Shown here one piece after another: positions 34,659 to 52,416 of a DNA stretch of 64,000 nt (positions are counted from its first letter, which is position 1; each line of letters opens with the position of its first letter). The DNA lies in the NCBI RefSeq assembly GCF_009914755.1, contig NC_060926.1; one strand, 5' to 3'. Both the position numbers and the translations under genes were made by a program. The stretch is from the human T2T-CHM13v2.0 reference genome, Homo sapiens. The notes beneath the pieces were generated by a model. That model did no database searches and had not been told where the DNA came from. It was given only the letters and a program-made list of their open reading frames with translations.

Positions 34659-35571
34659 TGTCTCAGTTCATTTTGTGTTGCTATAACCTAATAGCACAGA
34701 CTGGGTAACTTATAAAGAAAAGAAATGTATTTCTCATGTTTCTGGAGGCTGAGAAGTCCAATATCAAGGTGCCAGCAATTGCTGAGGGCCTTCATGGTGT
34801 ACCATCCCCTGGCAGGAAAAAGGAAGAGAGGGCAAGAGATCAAACTCCTAGCCTCAAGCCCTTTTATAATTAGCATTAATCCATTCACAAGAGTGGAGCC
34901 CTCATGACCTAAACACCTCACATTAGGTCCTGAGACAGGAATAATATAAGGTGGCTGCAGAATAATAGAAGATTTTGGGCAGCAATTTCACATGACTAGC
35001 AAAAGGAAACTGTTGAAATGGCTGCAGAGGCCATGGGCTAAGACCGTGAAAAACAGAGTGTAGACCAAGCTGGCTAAGACCCACTGAACCCAGCATGGCA
35101 CTGGATTTGACCTAGGTTTCTCCTAGGACCTCATTATACGCTCATTAACATACTAAATCACACACCCCACTAGCATCATGACACTTCCGAGAACACCCAT
35201 ATTTGGTTTAAAAATAGGTGGTGTCACAGTTCTGAGAAATCTCCTCCTTTTTCTAGGAATGATCATGAATATTCCGCCTCTTGGTTAAAGAAACCCGTAA
35301 AGGTAGCAACCCCAAACCCCCTTTCGTGTGAGTCTCTCGAGTACACCCATATTCCCTTTTCTTGAGTGTGTACTTTTCCCTTTGCAATAAATCGTACTTT
35401 CACTATTTTCCAACTGGTCTTTGAATTCATTCTCTTGATGGTGTCAAGAGCCTGGACACTGGCTGGGGTCTAGGTCCCACTGGCATTTGGGGACCTCCCC
35501 TCCAACACTGTTGCACTGGGGGTTAAACTTCCAACGTGTTTTTTTTTGGAGGACACATTCAAACCATGGCA
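34659..35571 (-). mobile_element. MST (MSTB/D-like) MaLR solo LTR split by a nested ERV1 LTR
   Basis: MST ends tgtctcagttcattttgtgttgctataac and gacacattcaaaccatggca; 5-bp TSD GTACT at 34654-34658 and 35572-35576. Confidence 0.88.
34931..35498 (+). mobile_element. MER41-family ERV1 solo LTR nested in the MST
   Basis: Starts tgagacaggaataat; MER41-like core (gacctcattatacgctcattaacatactaaatcacac...catgac); AATAAA near the 3' end. Confidence 0.7.
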
Positions 35572-37059
35572 GTACTGAACAAAACCTTGGCTTTGAAACC
35601 ATATGAAGATTTGTTTTGTGTGTGTTCACATAGTTGAAGTATTTCAACATTTTTAAGAGGGATTTTCAGGCTTCTCTATAAGCAGACTAAGAATCAGCAT
35701 TAGCATGTTTTCTCCATGTACAAAGTCTTTTATCTTTCTACTTACAAATGAAGGTAACCAATAAATATTTGTTGAATTTTATCATTCTGTTAACCTTCAG
35801 ATTCAGACTTGTCAGTAATTACTGGCTTGCATTAAAAGCAGGAGATTAGAGATTGAGGTCCAGGAAGTATAAATGATTTGCTCAAAGGCATGTAGAGTAA
35901 CCAGGTCTCCTGTCCCTCTGTCCCCCTTTTCTGCTACACCTTGTCCCTCGACAAAGGGTGAATGACCTAGTGATGGTCATTCATCTGAGGAGAAAGGACA
36001 AAGGTAGGACTTTGAATCGGAGCAACTGAACCCATCCTGGCCTATTTTCACAGTCCTGCCACAGAAGATCTGGCCACCTTAGAAGGACTCATTCAGTGAT
36101 CTTGGTCTTGAATAATACCATGAGTACTTACTATATACAGGTACGCTGCTGTGCCGTAAGGATTCCCTCTGGAGCAAAACTGACCCAGGTCACAGGTTAG
36201 TGAGGGAGACTGAGCCTGTCTTCCACAGTGTCACGGAAGTGAGCACTAAACAAATACTCCCAGGCATGGATCATTACAAATGGAGGTGAGTGCTGGACAG
36301 GAAAGGACAGGATGCTAGGCGAGAATTCAGCAGGAGGGCTTGGTGGCGATTAGGGGGCTAGGGAAAAGCAGAAGTGGGGCTGTAAAAGGCTTTTGCAAAG
36401 ATGAAGGCTTTTACATTTGTGAGGGAAATAACAATAATAAAGGTGCTTGGAAGGGCTGCTCATCCGCATTCATGGGCCTCTTCCTAGAACTCTGGGAATC
36501 TTTCTCCCTAGAGCTCTGTAGGCGTCCAGGGTCAGGGCTGGAAAGGCCTTCACAAATGCTAATCTGTGAGCATTTTATGGGTTGCCCCCTGACCCTCAGC
36601 ATCCTCCTCCTTAACTAGATCCAATGGTGAGGTGAAGAGGTGGGGGCGATGGAGAATGGCATTTCCAGTTTGGAGAAAAAAGTAGGGAGAGGCGGGGAAG
36701 CCTTCCCACCCCAATCCCAGGGCCAGGTTCCCCTCTCTCCAAACAAGCCTAAGGAATGTTTTTCAAGGCAAAATCCCACCTCACTGTGTATTTGGTTGTG
36801 AAGGGGGCTGTCCAGGAGATCAGGGTTGTTTTTGGAGAGTTTGGAGGGCAGGGGCAATAATGTCTGACCCCCTGCAAACAAATACACCTGTAAGAAAAGC
36901 TAGACCAGAGTGAAGTAAAGCCAGGATTTGATGGTGGCGGGAAGGGAAGGGGCCAATGCTGCTGCTGGACAGAGGGGTGTTATTTTCCCCAGAAGAATAG
37001 CATGTCGTGGTCATCATCATAATAATAGCTGACACAACTATTATGGGCTGGGGACTTAT

Positions 37060-37145
37060 AAGAGCTTTCATAACTCTCAGGTAGGAGGCACTACGAACTC
37101 CATTTCACAATTGAGGAAACTGAGGCACAAAGAAACGAAGTAGTG
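37060..37145 (-). mobile_element. MIR fragment
   Basis: ccatttcacaattgaggaaactgaggcaca. Confidence 0.7.
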
Positions 37146-37544
37146 ACAGCAGCTTTCCTTTTTCCCTTCAACAGTTTGGAATCAAGCTGTTTGAGCCGAG
37201 GCTGGGTCTCAGGAGGTGTGGACAGCACTTCCATCTCGGTAAATCAGATTCGCCTGCCCATAATTGGGGAGAATGGTGGCTTTGAAAAGGTTAACTTGGG
37301 AGCCCTGGGGACGGCTGCAGGGAACGTACGCCCATTCCCCCTAGGAAGCAGAGCCAGGCCGCCTCCTCCTCCGCAGTGGTGAGGACGCGTGGACAGTCCC
37401 GCGGGGGCGGCGGGAGACCTGCGGAGTGGCCGCACTCCAGGTCCGCGCCAAGGCCGGGCAGCTCCGCTTTCTGCTCAGTCTCCGCGAGGTGTCGCCTTCG
37501 GCCGAAGAAACCACCGCGGCGCCACCCTCGTAGCTCGCACTTAT

Positions 37545-37874
37545 TTATTTATTTATTTTCAAACAAGGGGGGCGCCCCTCTTCTTTCAATTTGAAACTGG
37601 AAACATCCAGAGGTCTTGTTCCTAAGGGGGCGCGTCCTCTCCCTGCTATTTTGCACCTTCGGACTAGCCTTCTTTCGTAATTACACAGGAGCAACCTCCC
37701 TGCAAGGCCTTGCTCAACGTTGGCCTCGCGCTCAGCTGCACAACACGCAGTCAAAGCGGGGGCTGGGTTAGAAGCATCGGTCTCCCCTCCCCAACACACA
37801 CCCCCGGAGCCCTCCGTAATTTTTTTTTCTTTTAATGACAAGCAATTGCCAGGCTCGCAGGGTGGGTGCTGCAT
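37545..37874 (-). CDS. MYCNOS: NCYM (N-cym) 109-aa de novo protein
   Basis: ATG at 37874; MQHPPCEPGNCLSLKEKKITEG...GRPPCLKINK is recognisable as NCYM. The ORF track's start at 37934 is a non-ATG extension. Confidence 0.93.
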   Translation of the reverse strand: MQHPPCEPGNCLSLKEKKITEGSGGVCWGGETDASNPAPALTACCAAEREANVEQGLAGRLLLCNYERRLVRRCKIAGRGRAPLGTRPLDVSSFKLKEEGRPPCLKINK

Positions 37875-38004
37875 TGCACCGCTCCGCGCGCAGCTGGTTC
37901 TCAGAGTGCAGCCGGTGCAAGCCCGGGGGTCCAAAAGGGCGGGAGGAGCACACCCTGGGCTTCCCAGCTTTGCAGCCTTCTCTCTGCAAAGAAAAGCAAG
38001 TGGC

Positions 38005-38028
38005 TTTTGGCGCGAAAGCCTTGGCGCC
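38005..38028 (+). promoter_or_regulatory. MYCN promoter E2F sites (two overlapping inverted plus one downstream)
   Basis: TTTTGGCGCGAAA at 38005-38017 and TTGGCGCC at 38021-38028. Confidence 0.88.
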
Positions 38029-38051
38029 TCCCCTGATTTTTATGGAAATCA

Positions 38052-38135
38052 GGAGGGCGGGGTAAAGCCGCTTTCCTCTCCTTTCTCCCTCCCCCTTGTC
38101 TGCGCCACAGCCCCCTTCTCTCCCCGCCCCCCGGG
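38052..38135 (+). promoter_or_regulatory. Sp/KLF GC box and CT-rich element; TATA-less multi-TSS core promoter
   Basis: GGAGGGCGGGG, polypyrimidine ctttcctctcctttctccctccccctt and CCCCGCCCCC. Confidence 0.75.
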
Positions 38136-38218
38136 TGTGTCAGATTTTTCAGTTAATAATATCCCCCGAGCTTCAAAGCGCAGGCTGTGACAGTCATCTG
38201 TCTGGACGCGCTGGGTGG

Positions 38219-40839
<2,621 letters not shown>

Positions 40840-42299
40840 TAGGGGGTTGCTGGGTGCACTGCCTGGACAGAAACCTGTTAGCGCAGGGGTGAAAGGGACT
40901 CTCTGGCCCAGGTCAGGGGAGGGAAAGACATCCCGAGAAGATTCAAGGGCTGTGCAAAGCCCTGTTTAAGGCGCAGGAACTTATAGGAGGGTTGCACAGA
41001 TGGCTAGAGCCGATTTTCTATTCTTTTTCTTTTTCTTTTTTTTTTTTTTCAAATGTCGGTACCTTTCCCTTCCCCCATCCTCGGTGGGTGGTGGGCTATT
41101 TGCTCCTGGTGCGTGGCCAGCAGGCGGCGATATGCGAGGCCAGCAGGCGGGCCCGGGATCTGAAAGGCTGGGGGTGGTGGGGGCACCCTCCCTCCCTCCA
41201 TTCAGCAGCTGGCTGCAAGTGCAACAGCAGTTGTGTACATTCTCAGGGGGCCTCCTCTTTCCAGTGTGCAGTGGAAACTGGCTGTAGTTTTGTCTTCCAG
41301 CCTGAATTCCAGGCCTAATTTGAGATGTGAGTTGTATCTGTAACCCAGTGCCCTTGAAGGTGAGGGCAGGCACTCAGCAGCCTCTCCAGGAAGGCTCACA
41401 TCCTGGGAGGACTCACTGATTAGTTCTATTGTGTTCATTTGTCTGTGTCTTAAGCTGAAGGGAAGAGTTAAAACCAAGCCTTTCCCTGGGGGTCTGGATG
41501 AACAGAACTCAACCCAAAGAGTGGCATTGCCTTGTCCTTGGAGCAGGGAGCTGGGACCCCCCTTGGACTTTGAAAACCAGTGTTTTCAGAATGCAGGTGG
41601 ATAACAAGCCTAAATTTACTTCTGGGCTGAGGAGAGATCTTTGAGGCTCCTGGAAGGAAACTTGGTGATAAGCCTCCAGTTTGAAACGGCTCTGTCCCTT
41701 TAATGTCTGTGCCTTGACAGCTTTTGGTGAGGAAGCACTTCCTTCCAACAGCTGTCTTCTTGGCAGAAAACCAAAACATTGGCTTAAAGGGACCCACAGA
41801 CTGGAACAGCCTCACATTTCGGCTTTAGAACAAATCCCACAATTGTTCAGCTTTCCGGTCCCCTTCAGATCAAGCAGAAGATATGTTTTGATTTTCATGC
41901 TTGTATTTTAAACAATAATTTTCTACCCCAGCGTGGTAGTCAATGAGGAGAGAGGGGAAGAATGCGCACATGATGCTACACGTTTCTGTTGTTGCTGTTA
42001 TTATTGGTGGCTTTGAGGAGAGCTGCTCCCATTTGGGGGTTTATACCAACTGTGGATTATGGCTTTGTCATTAAGATTTGATCTTTGTTAAATGAAAAAC
42101 TGTTTATTGTATAAAACTCAGGTTTGTGGACGAAAAGTTGTTTTTTTTCTTCAGTTAATTAAATTGTTCCTCAAGTTTGTTTAAGGACTTAAAATCAAAC
42201 ACAACCATGTGTAAACTGCTAAATGAGGCTCCTAAAATGAGAGGCCTCAACTCTTTAAGTGTGGAGCTAGAAATGTAAATAAGTCCACAGGGCAGACTG

Positions 42300-42495
42300 G
42301 TGATTATGATAAAAGCTACCATTTACTGAGCATCTGTCTACTAGGCTCAGCTCTATGCTAAGTCTACATGTTATCTGTCAAAGTGGTATCATCCCCATTT
42401 AATAGCTGAGGAAACAGAGGCTTAGAAAGGCTGGGTAACTTGACCAGGGTCATGCAACTAGTCTGCGGTGGAGCCAGGATTCTGTCTGACCCTAA
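42300..42495 (-). mobile_element. MIR in MYCN intron 2
   Basis: ccccatttaatagctgaggaaacagaggcttagaaagg...aacttgaccagggtca. Confidence 0.8.
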
Positions 42496-42552
42496 AGGCC
42501 AAGTTCTTTATATTTATTTCTACCACCTGCTAAAGTCTTGAATGGAGGCTGA

Positions 42553-43000
<448 letters not shown>

Positions 43001-43056
43001 TAAAAATAGCAGTCTGCCAGGGTCTGCCGGAAGAGACAGATAAGCATACATATTAA

Positions 43057-43728
<672 letters not shown>

Positions 43729-44640
43729 ACGCTTCTCAAAACTGGACAGTCACTGCCACTTTGCACATTTTGATTTTTTTTTTAAACAAACATTGTGTTG
43801 ACATTAAGAATGTTGGTTTACTTTCAAATCGGTCCCCTGTCGAGTTCGGCTCTGGGTGGGCAGTAGGACCACCAGTGTGGGGTTCTGCTGGGACCTTGGA
43901 GAGCCTGCATCCCAGGATGCTGGGTGGCCCTGCAGCCTCCTCCACCTCACCTCCATGACAGCGCTAAACGTTGGTGACGGTTGGGAGCCTCTGGGGCTGT
44001 TGAAGTCACCTTGTGTGTTCCAAGTTTCCAAACAACAGAAAGTCATTCCTTCTTTTTAAAATGGTGCTTAAGTTCCAGCAGATGCCACATAAGGGGTTTG
44101 CCATTTGATACCCCTGGGGAACATTTCTGTAAATACCATTGACACATCCGCCTTTTGTATACATCCTGGGTAATGAGAGGTGGCTTTTGCGGCCAGTATT
44201 AGACTGGAAGTTCATACCTAAGTACTGTAATAATACCTCAATGTTTGAGGAGCATGTTTTGTATACAAATATATTGTTAATCTCTGTTATGTACTGTACT
44301 AATTCTTACACTGCCTGTATACTTTAGTATGACGCTGATACATAACTAAATTTGATACTTATATTTTCGTATGAAAATGAGTTGTGAAAGTTTTGAGTAG
44401 ATATTACTTTATCACTTTTTGAACTAAGAAACTTTTGTAAAGAAATTTACTATATATATATGCCTTTTTCCTAGCCTGTTTCTTCCTGTTAATGTATTTG
44501 TTCATGTTTGGTGCATAGAACTGGGTAAATGCAAAGTTCTGTGTTTAATTTCTTCAAAATGTATATATTTAGTGCTGCATCTTATAGCACTTTGAAATAC
44601 CTCATGTTTATGAAAATAAATAGCTTAAAATTAAATGATG
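43729..44640 (+). other. MYCN: MYCN 3'UTR with miRNA seed sites
   Basis: miR-34/449 CACTGCC (43751, 44309), miR-19 TTTGCACA (43760), miR-29 TGGTGCT (44062), miR-200bc CAGTATTA (44194), miR-101 GTACTGTA (44222, 44291), let-7 TACCTCA (44234, 44598), miR-17 GCACTTT (44587). Confidence 0.9.
44615..44635 (+). terminator. MYCN polyadenylation signals
   Basis: AATAAA 44615-44620 and ATTAAA 44630-44635. Confidence 0.88.
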
Positions 44641-45603
44641 CAACTCAACCTTTTCCTTAATGGCATTACACTCTGTCCCTTAAGGAGCAACCATAAATAA
44701 TCCATAACCTATAGAGGGAATTTGGTTTCCGTAAATAGCCCTTTTTGCACCTGTACAATCCTGGTTGGGGGGCATGAGTCATTGTCCCCACTTAAGGTGG
44801 AGGGAACTGAGTTTGGGGAAATTAAGGCAGTTCTCCAAGATTATGCAGAATAGAGATGTTATTAGCGACTATTGTGTGCATTGTAGCAATGGCATTTGAT
44901 AATTTACAGAGCACTTCTGTATACTGTGGCTCCTTAGTGGAATTAAGCTGAGACCTCAGATCAGTCCCTTTAAAAGAAAAGTAAAAATAGCCACAGGGTT
45001 GTTTAACTCGCTTGTATTGGGCTTTGGTAGTATTCGTCCCATTGGCAGACAGTCTTCTATTTTAAGGTAGAGCATAGTTTGTCTCCAAGAATTCATTGTT
45101 AAAAACATTCACTAGGATCTGTGGAGGTTCTAGGCTAAGCAGAGTAAGCAGAATAAACAGATGGAAATGGGTTCCTCCCTTCAATGAACTCAACCTGATT
45201 CACCAAAGTGTAATTCACGAGTGACAGTTACGTAGTCCAGAGCAAGTACCAGGTGCAGGAGAGACCCTGGGGTCACAATGGAGACCCCATATGGGTGGCA
45301 TGGCTCTCTACTTGCCATTCCTATTACACAGCAGTGTCTTGGCTACTTGGGCTGCCCTTTGGAAATGGGATCAATCTTGCAGGCTCCAGAAGACAGAGCC
45401 AAGACTTGTGTGTTAAGGAGATAGTTTACCTGTTGGGACATAAGAGCCTTGCTTGTAAGCAGCTTCTCAGAACTAAAAGTGTACAAATAACCTATTTCTC
45501 TTTTGAGTGTCAGGTTGTACTCGGTTATTTCTCTAGGGTTTTGTTCATCTCAGATTTTTAACTGTGAGCCGAAAAAAAAGAAAAAGGCCTTTTGCTTCAC
45601 TGA

Positions 45604-46009
<406 letters not shown>

Positions 46010-48319
46010 GCTTTGGTCATTTTATAAAGGCAAGTAGGAGTTTAGAACTCAGTCCTCCTTATCCTGCTTATCGCACACCCTTGAGATACGAGGTTGGTGA
46101 TACTACCATGGACATCTTTCTGATGGTCTCGCCATGTAGAAAATAAGATAAAATGCCCTTTAATTCTCCTAGTCCCCATCCCCAGACTAAAAAATAATGC
46201 ACCCTTTCTTTTTGAATTGTCATTCAAAAAACTTCCGTTCGTTTGCATTTTACAGGCCCCAAATCACTCACGGCCTCTGCCCCTGTGTGTGTGCAAGAGC
46301 CAAAAGAAAGTTAAGCAACCTCACATTAATTGTGTACCTAAGATTCTTGAAGCCCAGCTCAGTCATCCCAGTTTCTCTATTTGTGATTACCATAAGGAAC
46401 CTACCTGAGTGTGTCCAATGAAATGGAATGCTTAACCGTGAAGAAAGAAAACTGTTCATATGAATGAGGCCACTAAACTACAATTCCTACTATGCTCTCT
46501 TTTTGCTCGGGCTGCTGGGAAGCTCAGAGCCAAATTCCACCCCCTCTAACATCTCCAGTGGTCATTCTCTTCTAAATGTTTACGGTTTCTTGTTTTCCAT
46601 TGTTAGGTTAGTCATCTTTTTAATGTATATAATGTAGTATATAACATGAAACGTTTTTGCATTAGGTGGACCACAAATATGCACCTAAAGGATTAAAACT
46701 AAAGTGAAAAAATCCCATATTTGCCTTTTCTGACCTAGCTGAGGGAATGTCACCAAATTTAGCTCTGCAATTATCTATAAAGTAATTGCTGTAGTCACAG
46801 AAGAATTGAACTAGTTGTTTCAATAACATGAGAAACCATCTCTGCATTCCAAGAGCAGTTTTGAGACTGGGAAAGAGCTCTACATCATTTAGTTCAATAA
46901 ACGATAGAGCTGAGACGAAGCACAGAGATCATCTCATTGAAATTCATTTCTCAGAATGAGGGTGCGGGATCCCACCTGGAATTAATGGCTTAACCCAGGG
47001 AGACTAGAGCCGGTGTCTCCTATGACCCGCCCAGTGCCCTTCCCCATAACATTCACTTTCTCATTGCCCACACTGTAGCCTCCCCACCTCCTGGCCTGCC
47101 CGTCCACCTACATCATGCTTCCATATTAACCCTTCTAAACCACCTACTCTTTATGCAAACTTCCAACAGTTCCCTACTATTTACAGAATCGAGTCCCGAC
47201 TCTCCAGCCCAGCACAGAGGCACTTCTACCCAGTCCCACCAGCTCCATTGCCCATGGCCCTCCATGTGCTGGACTCTGGCTGTTTCTCATCCGTGACTTG
47301 TTTCACCACATCCCTCCTTCTAGGTTACCCAGATTCCATTAATTGAAATCCTTCTCAATCTTGCACCCCCAGGTAGGCCTTTCCCAGCCCTTGGCCTCTG
47401 TGCACTTATCTTCTAGCTGCCTTATGCACCTCCTGGACCCCCTAAACTGTGGGCTCCCTTAAGGCAGATAGGGCTCTCATTTGCCTCTGATTCTGAGCAT
47501 CTGCCCTGTGACTGACAGGTGACAGAGCCTTAGCAGATGCCAGCAGTATAGACGGTAACAGAGGAAGGAGCGAGGAGAGGATTTCCATTATGGGTGGGTC
47601 TCCCACCAACTCCAGTTCACAAGCTCTCAGGCTAATTCAGATGGGAAAAGACATCCCTTAGACATCAATGAGTGTCTGGTACTGACTATGCTGGCAGTTC
47701 TGAAGAAGTGAAGATAAAATGCTCATAGAGGACTGTCTACAAGGAGCCCACAGTCTGCAAGAGAGTTAAAGCCCTGGGGGTTGTATAGAAGGCAAGAAGA
47801 GAAACCAAGAGGCACTGGGTTGAGGGGCTGATGAATGAAAGCATATGAGGGGCCTAGTGGCTGAGTTTGGGGCTATCTGAAGGAGGAAGCTGGTCCTCTG
47901 CCTGGGTTCACTGAGTCTACGCCTGGCCTGGCTTGTGGCAGCTCAGACACTTGCCTCAGGCCACAGATGGTCTACACTCGTAGTGAAAAAGGTTGCAATG
48001 CCTCCCACCCCTGTGTAGCACTGCAGAGCTTCCCAAGTTTTTGTATGCATGAGTCTCAAAAATCCTTGAGGATTTTTGACCAGTTTATCACATTCCCACA
48101 TTATAAGTGAGGGAATCTGGTCTTCTGAGTTTTAGTTTCATTAATCCCTATGGTGGCTATGTTTTGAAATTCTGATGTGAGTTGTTTTCGAAATCAGAGG
48201 TTGTTTGATTTGGAAGAGGCATAGAAGCCAACTAGTTTACTCTCCCATTTCAGGGGAGGCACCTACAGTCTGCTTGTGAGAATTTTATTTTTCCTTTATT
48301 TTATTTTTCTTTTTTTTGC

Positions 48320-48621
48320 AACAGGGTCTTGCCGTGTTGCCTAGCCTGGCGTGGAGTGGCTAATCTCAGGCACAGTGCCACTGCTGATCAGCACAGGAGT
48401 TTTGACCTGCTCCATTTCTGACCTGGGCCAGCCAGTTCATACTTCCTTAGGAAACCTGGTGGTCCCCTACTCCCAGGAGTTGCCATATTGATGCTAAACT
48501 TAGTGTGGACATCCAGTAGGCATAGGGTGCTACAGCTCAGAACTTCTGGACTCAAGTGATCCTCCTGCATCAGCTTCCTGAGTAACTCGGACAACAGGTG
48601 CACACACACTGCCGTGCCTGG
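48320..48621 (-). pseudogene. RN7SL104P: Full-length 7SL (SRP) RNA processed pseudogene
   Basis: Contains the S-domain absent from Alu (ctgatcagcacaggagttttgacctgctccatttctgacctgggcc...ccatattgatgctaaacttagtg) plus a T-rich tail. Symbol is from recall of locus position. Confidence 0.85.
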
Positions 48622-48669
48622 AAGCGTTCTTTTTTCTTTTTTTCTTTCCCTCTTTCCCATTCTTTCTCT

Positions 48670-48900
48670 CAACAAATATTTATTTAACAGTTACCATGTA
48701 TCAAGCACTGTTCTAAGTGCTTGGGAGACATCAATGAACAAAAAAGACAAAACTCTCCCAAATCTTCTCTGCTTTCTTGAAGTTTATAGTGTAACAGAGA
48801 GTGACAGCTGTACAAATAAACATAATAAGCAAATAAATTAAACAGCATCTAATATGGTGGCAAATGCCGTAAAAAATAAGTAGAAAGGCTAGAGGAATTC
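48670..48900 (-). mobile_element. L2 3' fragment
   Basis: caacaaatatttattta...aagcactgttctaagtgcttgggagacatcaatgaacaaaa. Confidence 0.75.
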
Positions 48901-49071
48901 AGGGATGCCAACAGCAGAGGTAGGAGGCTCAGGGAAGGCGCATCTGGTCCTGGGAGCTGAGGGGCAGGGCCTGTGGGGAGAGTGTCCTGCCCTGGGCACT
49001 CTTGTGCTTGCTCAGAAACCAGATCTCAGGCCTCAAGCTTCTCGGTTCAGTGCTTAACTTCCCTTATCTCT

Positions 49072-49384
<313 letters not shown>

Positions 49385-49432
49385 TTATCTCCCTCTGGAC
49401 ATTGGTAAATGTACCCCACCAATTTCCATTCA

Positions 49433-50520
<1,088 letters not shown>

Positions 50521-51751
50521 TTCAATTGATTTATATACAGCACATAGAATAGTGTCTGGCATGTGACAGGTGTGGTTTAAGCCTGCTCAATAATATGATT
50601 TGATGTTGATGGGGTCTTTCCTCTCTCTATTTCCTCAGTATGTTACCAGGGCAAAGAACCTTTAGAAAAAAACATTTACCGGTAGAACAAATTCACAAGC
50701 CTGAGTTTAACAAGAACTTTGCAGACTTTTGTTCCTCAAAAGAGGCCTTACAAAACCTGAAAACGGGTACCTTGGAAACAAATGAATGTGAGCTTTGAAG
50801 CCTATTTTAAGACGGAGCCTAGGAATTTGAGTGCCGCAGAACATCTACGCCTTCTACAATGGTTTATTAGTTTTCCTTACTTGTAAAGGAAATCTCTTCA
50901 TAGGCCACTGACCAGGGTTACCTGATCTCTTTTGATATTGGTGTATCAAGCTACAAGACATTCATCCTGAAACCTTTGACCAGGAGAGGTAACAGAGCCT
51001 TTTTATGGTCGAAGCACACAGACCTATTGGTACAATGCACGTTTGGAGAGCACACACAGCACAAACTCCTCTGATAGCTACAGACAATTTGCAATGGGAT
51101 TTGCTCGGAAGAGGCAACACAAAATCAACTTTTCTCTGCATTCCAGTGGGCCTGAGATTCTCAGCAGACCTTTGAGGTAGGGTGGGGGAAACAGGCCCAC
51201 TCTTTCACAAAGCTTGACATCAGTTGAATTTTGTGTGTTCTTGTTTTGTGGCTCAGGCTATCTTCAGCCATCTTCCTGAGAGAGGACAAAAGAGCAGTCC
51301 CTCCACTGGAAAAATGTTGTTCCAGGTTCACTGGGAGGCAATCCTGAGTCACAGAAACACTTAGTTTGGAAGAAGCCCCTGGATTGGGTCTTAGATCAGT
51401 TATTGACTATTTTCAACCTTGAAATAGGAAAGTAACTTCTTGTTGCTCAGTTTCCTTGTCTATAAGTAGAATGGGCTGAAGTCAGTGATCTCTGGGGCTC
51501 CCTGTCAACTTTGAGGATCCAGAGTCATTGGTCCTTTGCAATGGCTGCAGCTTTAAAGGTGGCTGCAAGACTGCAGTGTCTGTCAACACCCTCTGGTTGG
51601 AAGATGTGCCCTGTCAAGTTCATATGATGGAAATTTAATCCCCAATGCAATAGTGTTGGGAGGTGGGTACTAATAAGAGATGATCAGATCATGAGGGCTC
51701 CGCCCTCTCAAATGGATTAATGTGCTTACTGGGGGAGTGGATTAGTGACCT

Positions 51752-52416
51752 TGAAACCGCCATTACAAAATTGTAACTGAGACAGTGAAAGAGCTGACCT
51801 AACCAACTCCATCTTGTTTCTAACCTCCAAGCTGTCCTTGTTCTTTGCTGGGCGTAGGCTGAACTAACTTTGGGAGGAACTTAGTTTGTAGATTAGCCCT
51901 TTCCCAAAACAAACCTCCTTCTTGCCTGGGGACTAGACTGCCTTTGTGGGACTAACACCAGCCACAAGATTAGAAATTATGGTTTAGGAGCCATGCAGCT
52001 GGAGGCTACAAGATTCCGACCCTCCCTAAACTGCTCCTAAGATCAGTGCTTGAGATATTCTGCAGACCCTGCACTTGATGATCAGCTGGCACCACCCAGA
52101 TTGATAAACTGGCTCATCTGATCCTGTGGCCCCCACCTAGGAACTGACTCAGCACAAGATGATAGCTTCGACTCCCTATGATTTCATCTCTGACCAATTA
52201 GCACTCCTGGCTCACTGAATTCCCCACACTCACCAAGTTGTCCTTAAAAACTCTGATCCCCAAATGCTTGAGGAGACTGATTTGAGTAATAAGAAAGCTC
52301 TGGTCTCCCGCACAGCTGGCTCTGCATGAATTACTCTTTCTCTATTGCAATTTCCCTGTCTTTATAAATTGGCTGTGTCTAAACAGCAGACAAGGTGAAC
52401 CCACTGGGTGGTTACA
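51752..52416 (+). mobile_element. LTR8 (ERV1) solo LTR
   Basis: TGAAACCGCC...GGTTACA ends; 4-bp TSD ACCT. Confidence 0.85.
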
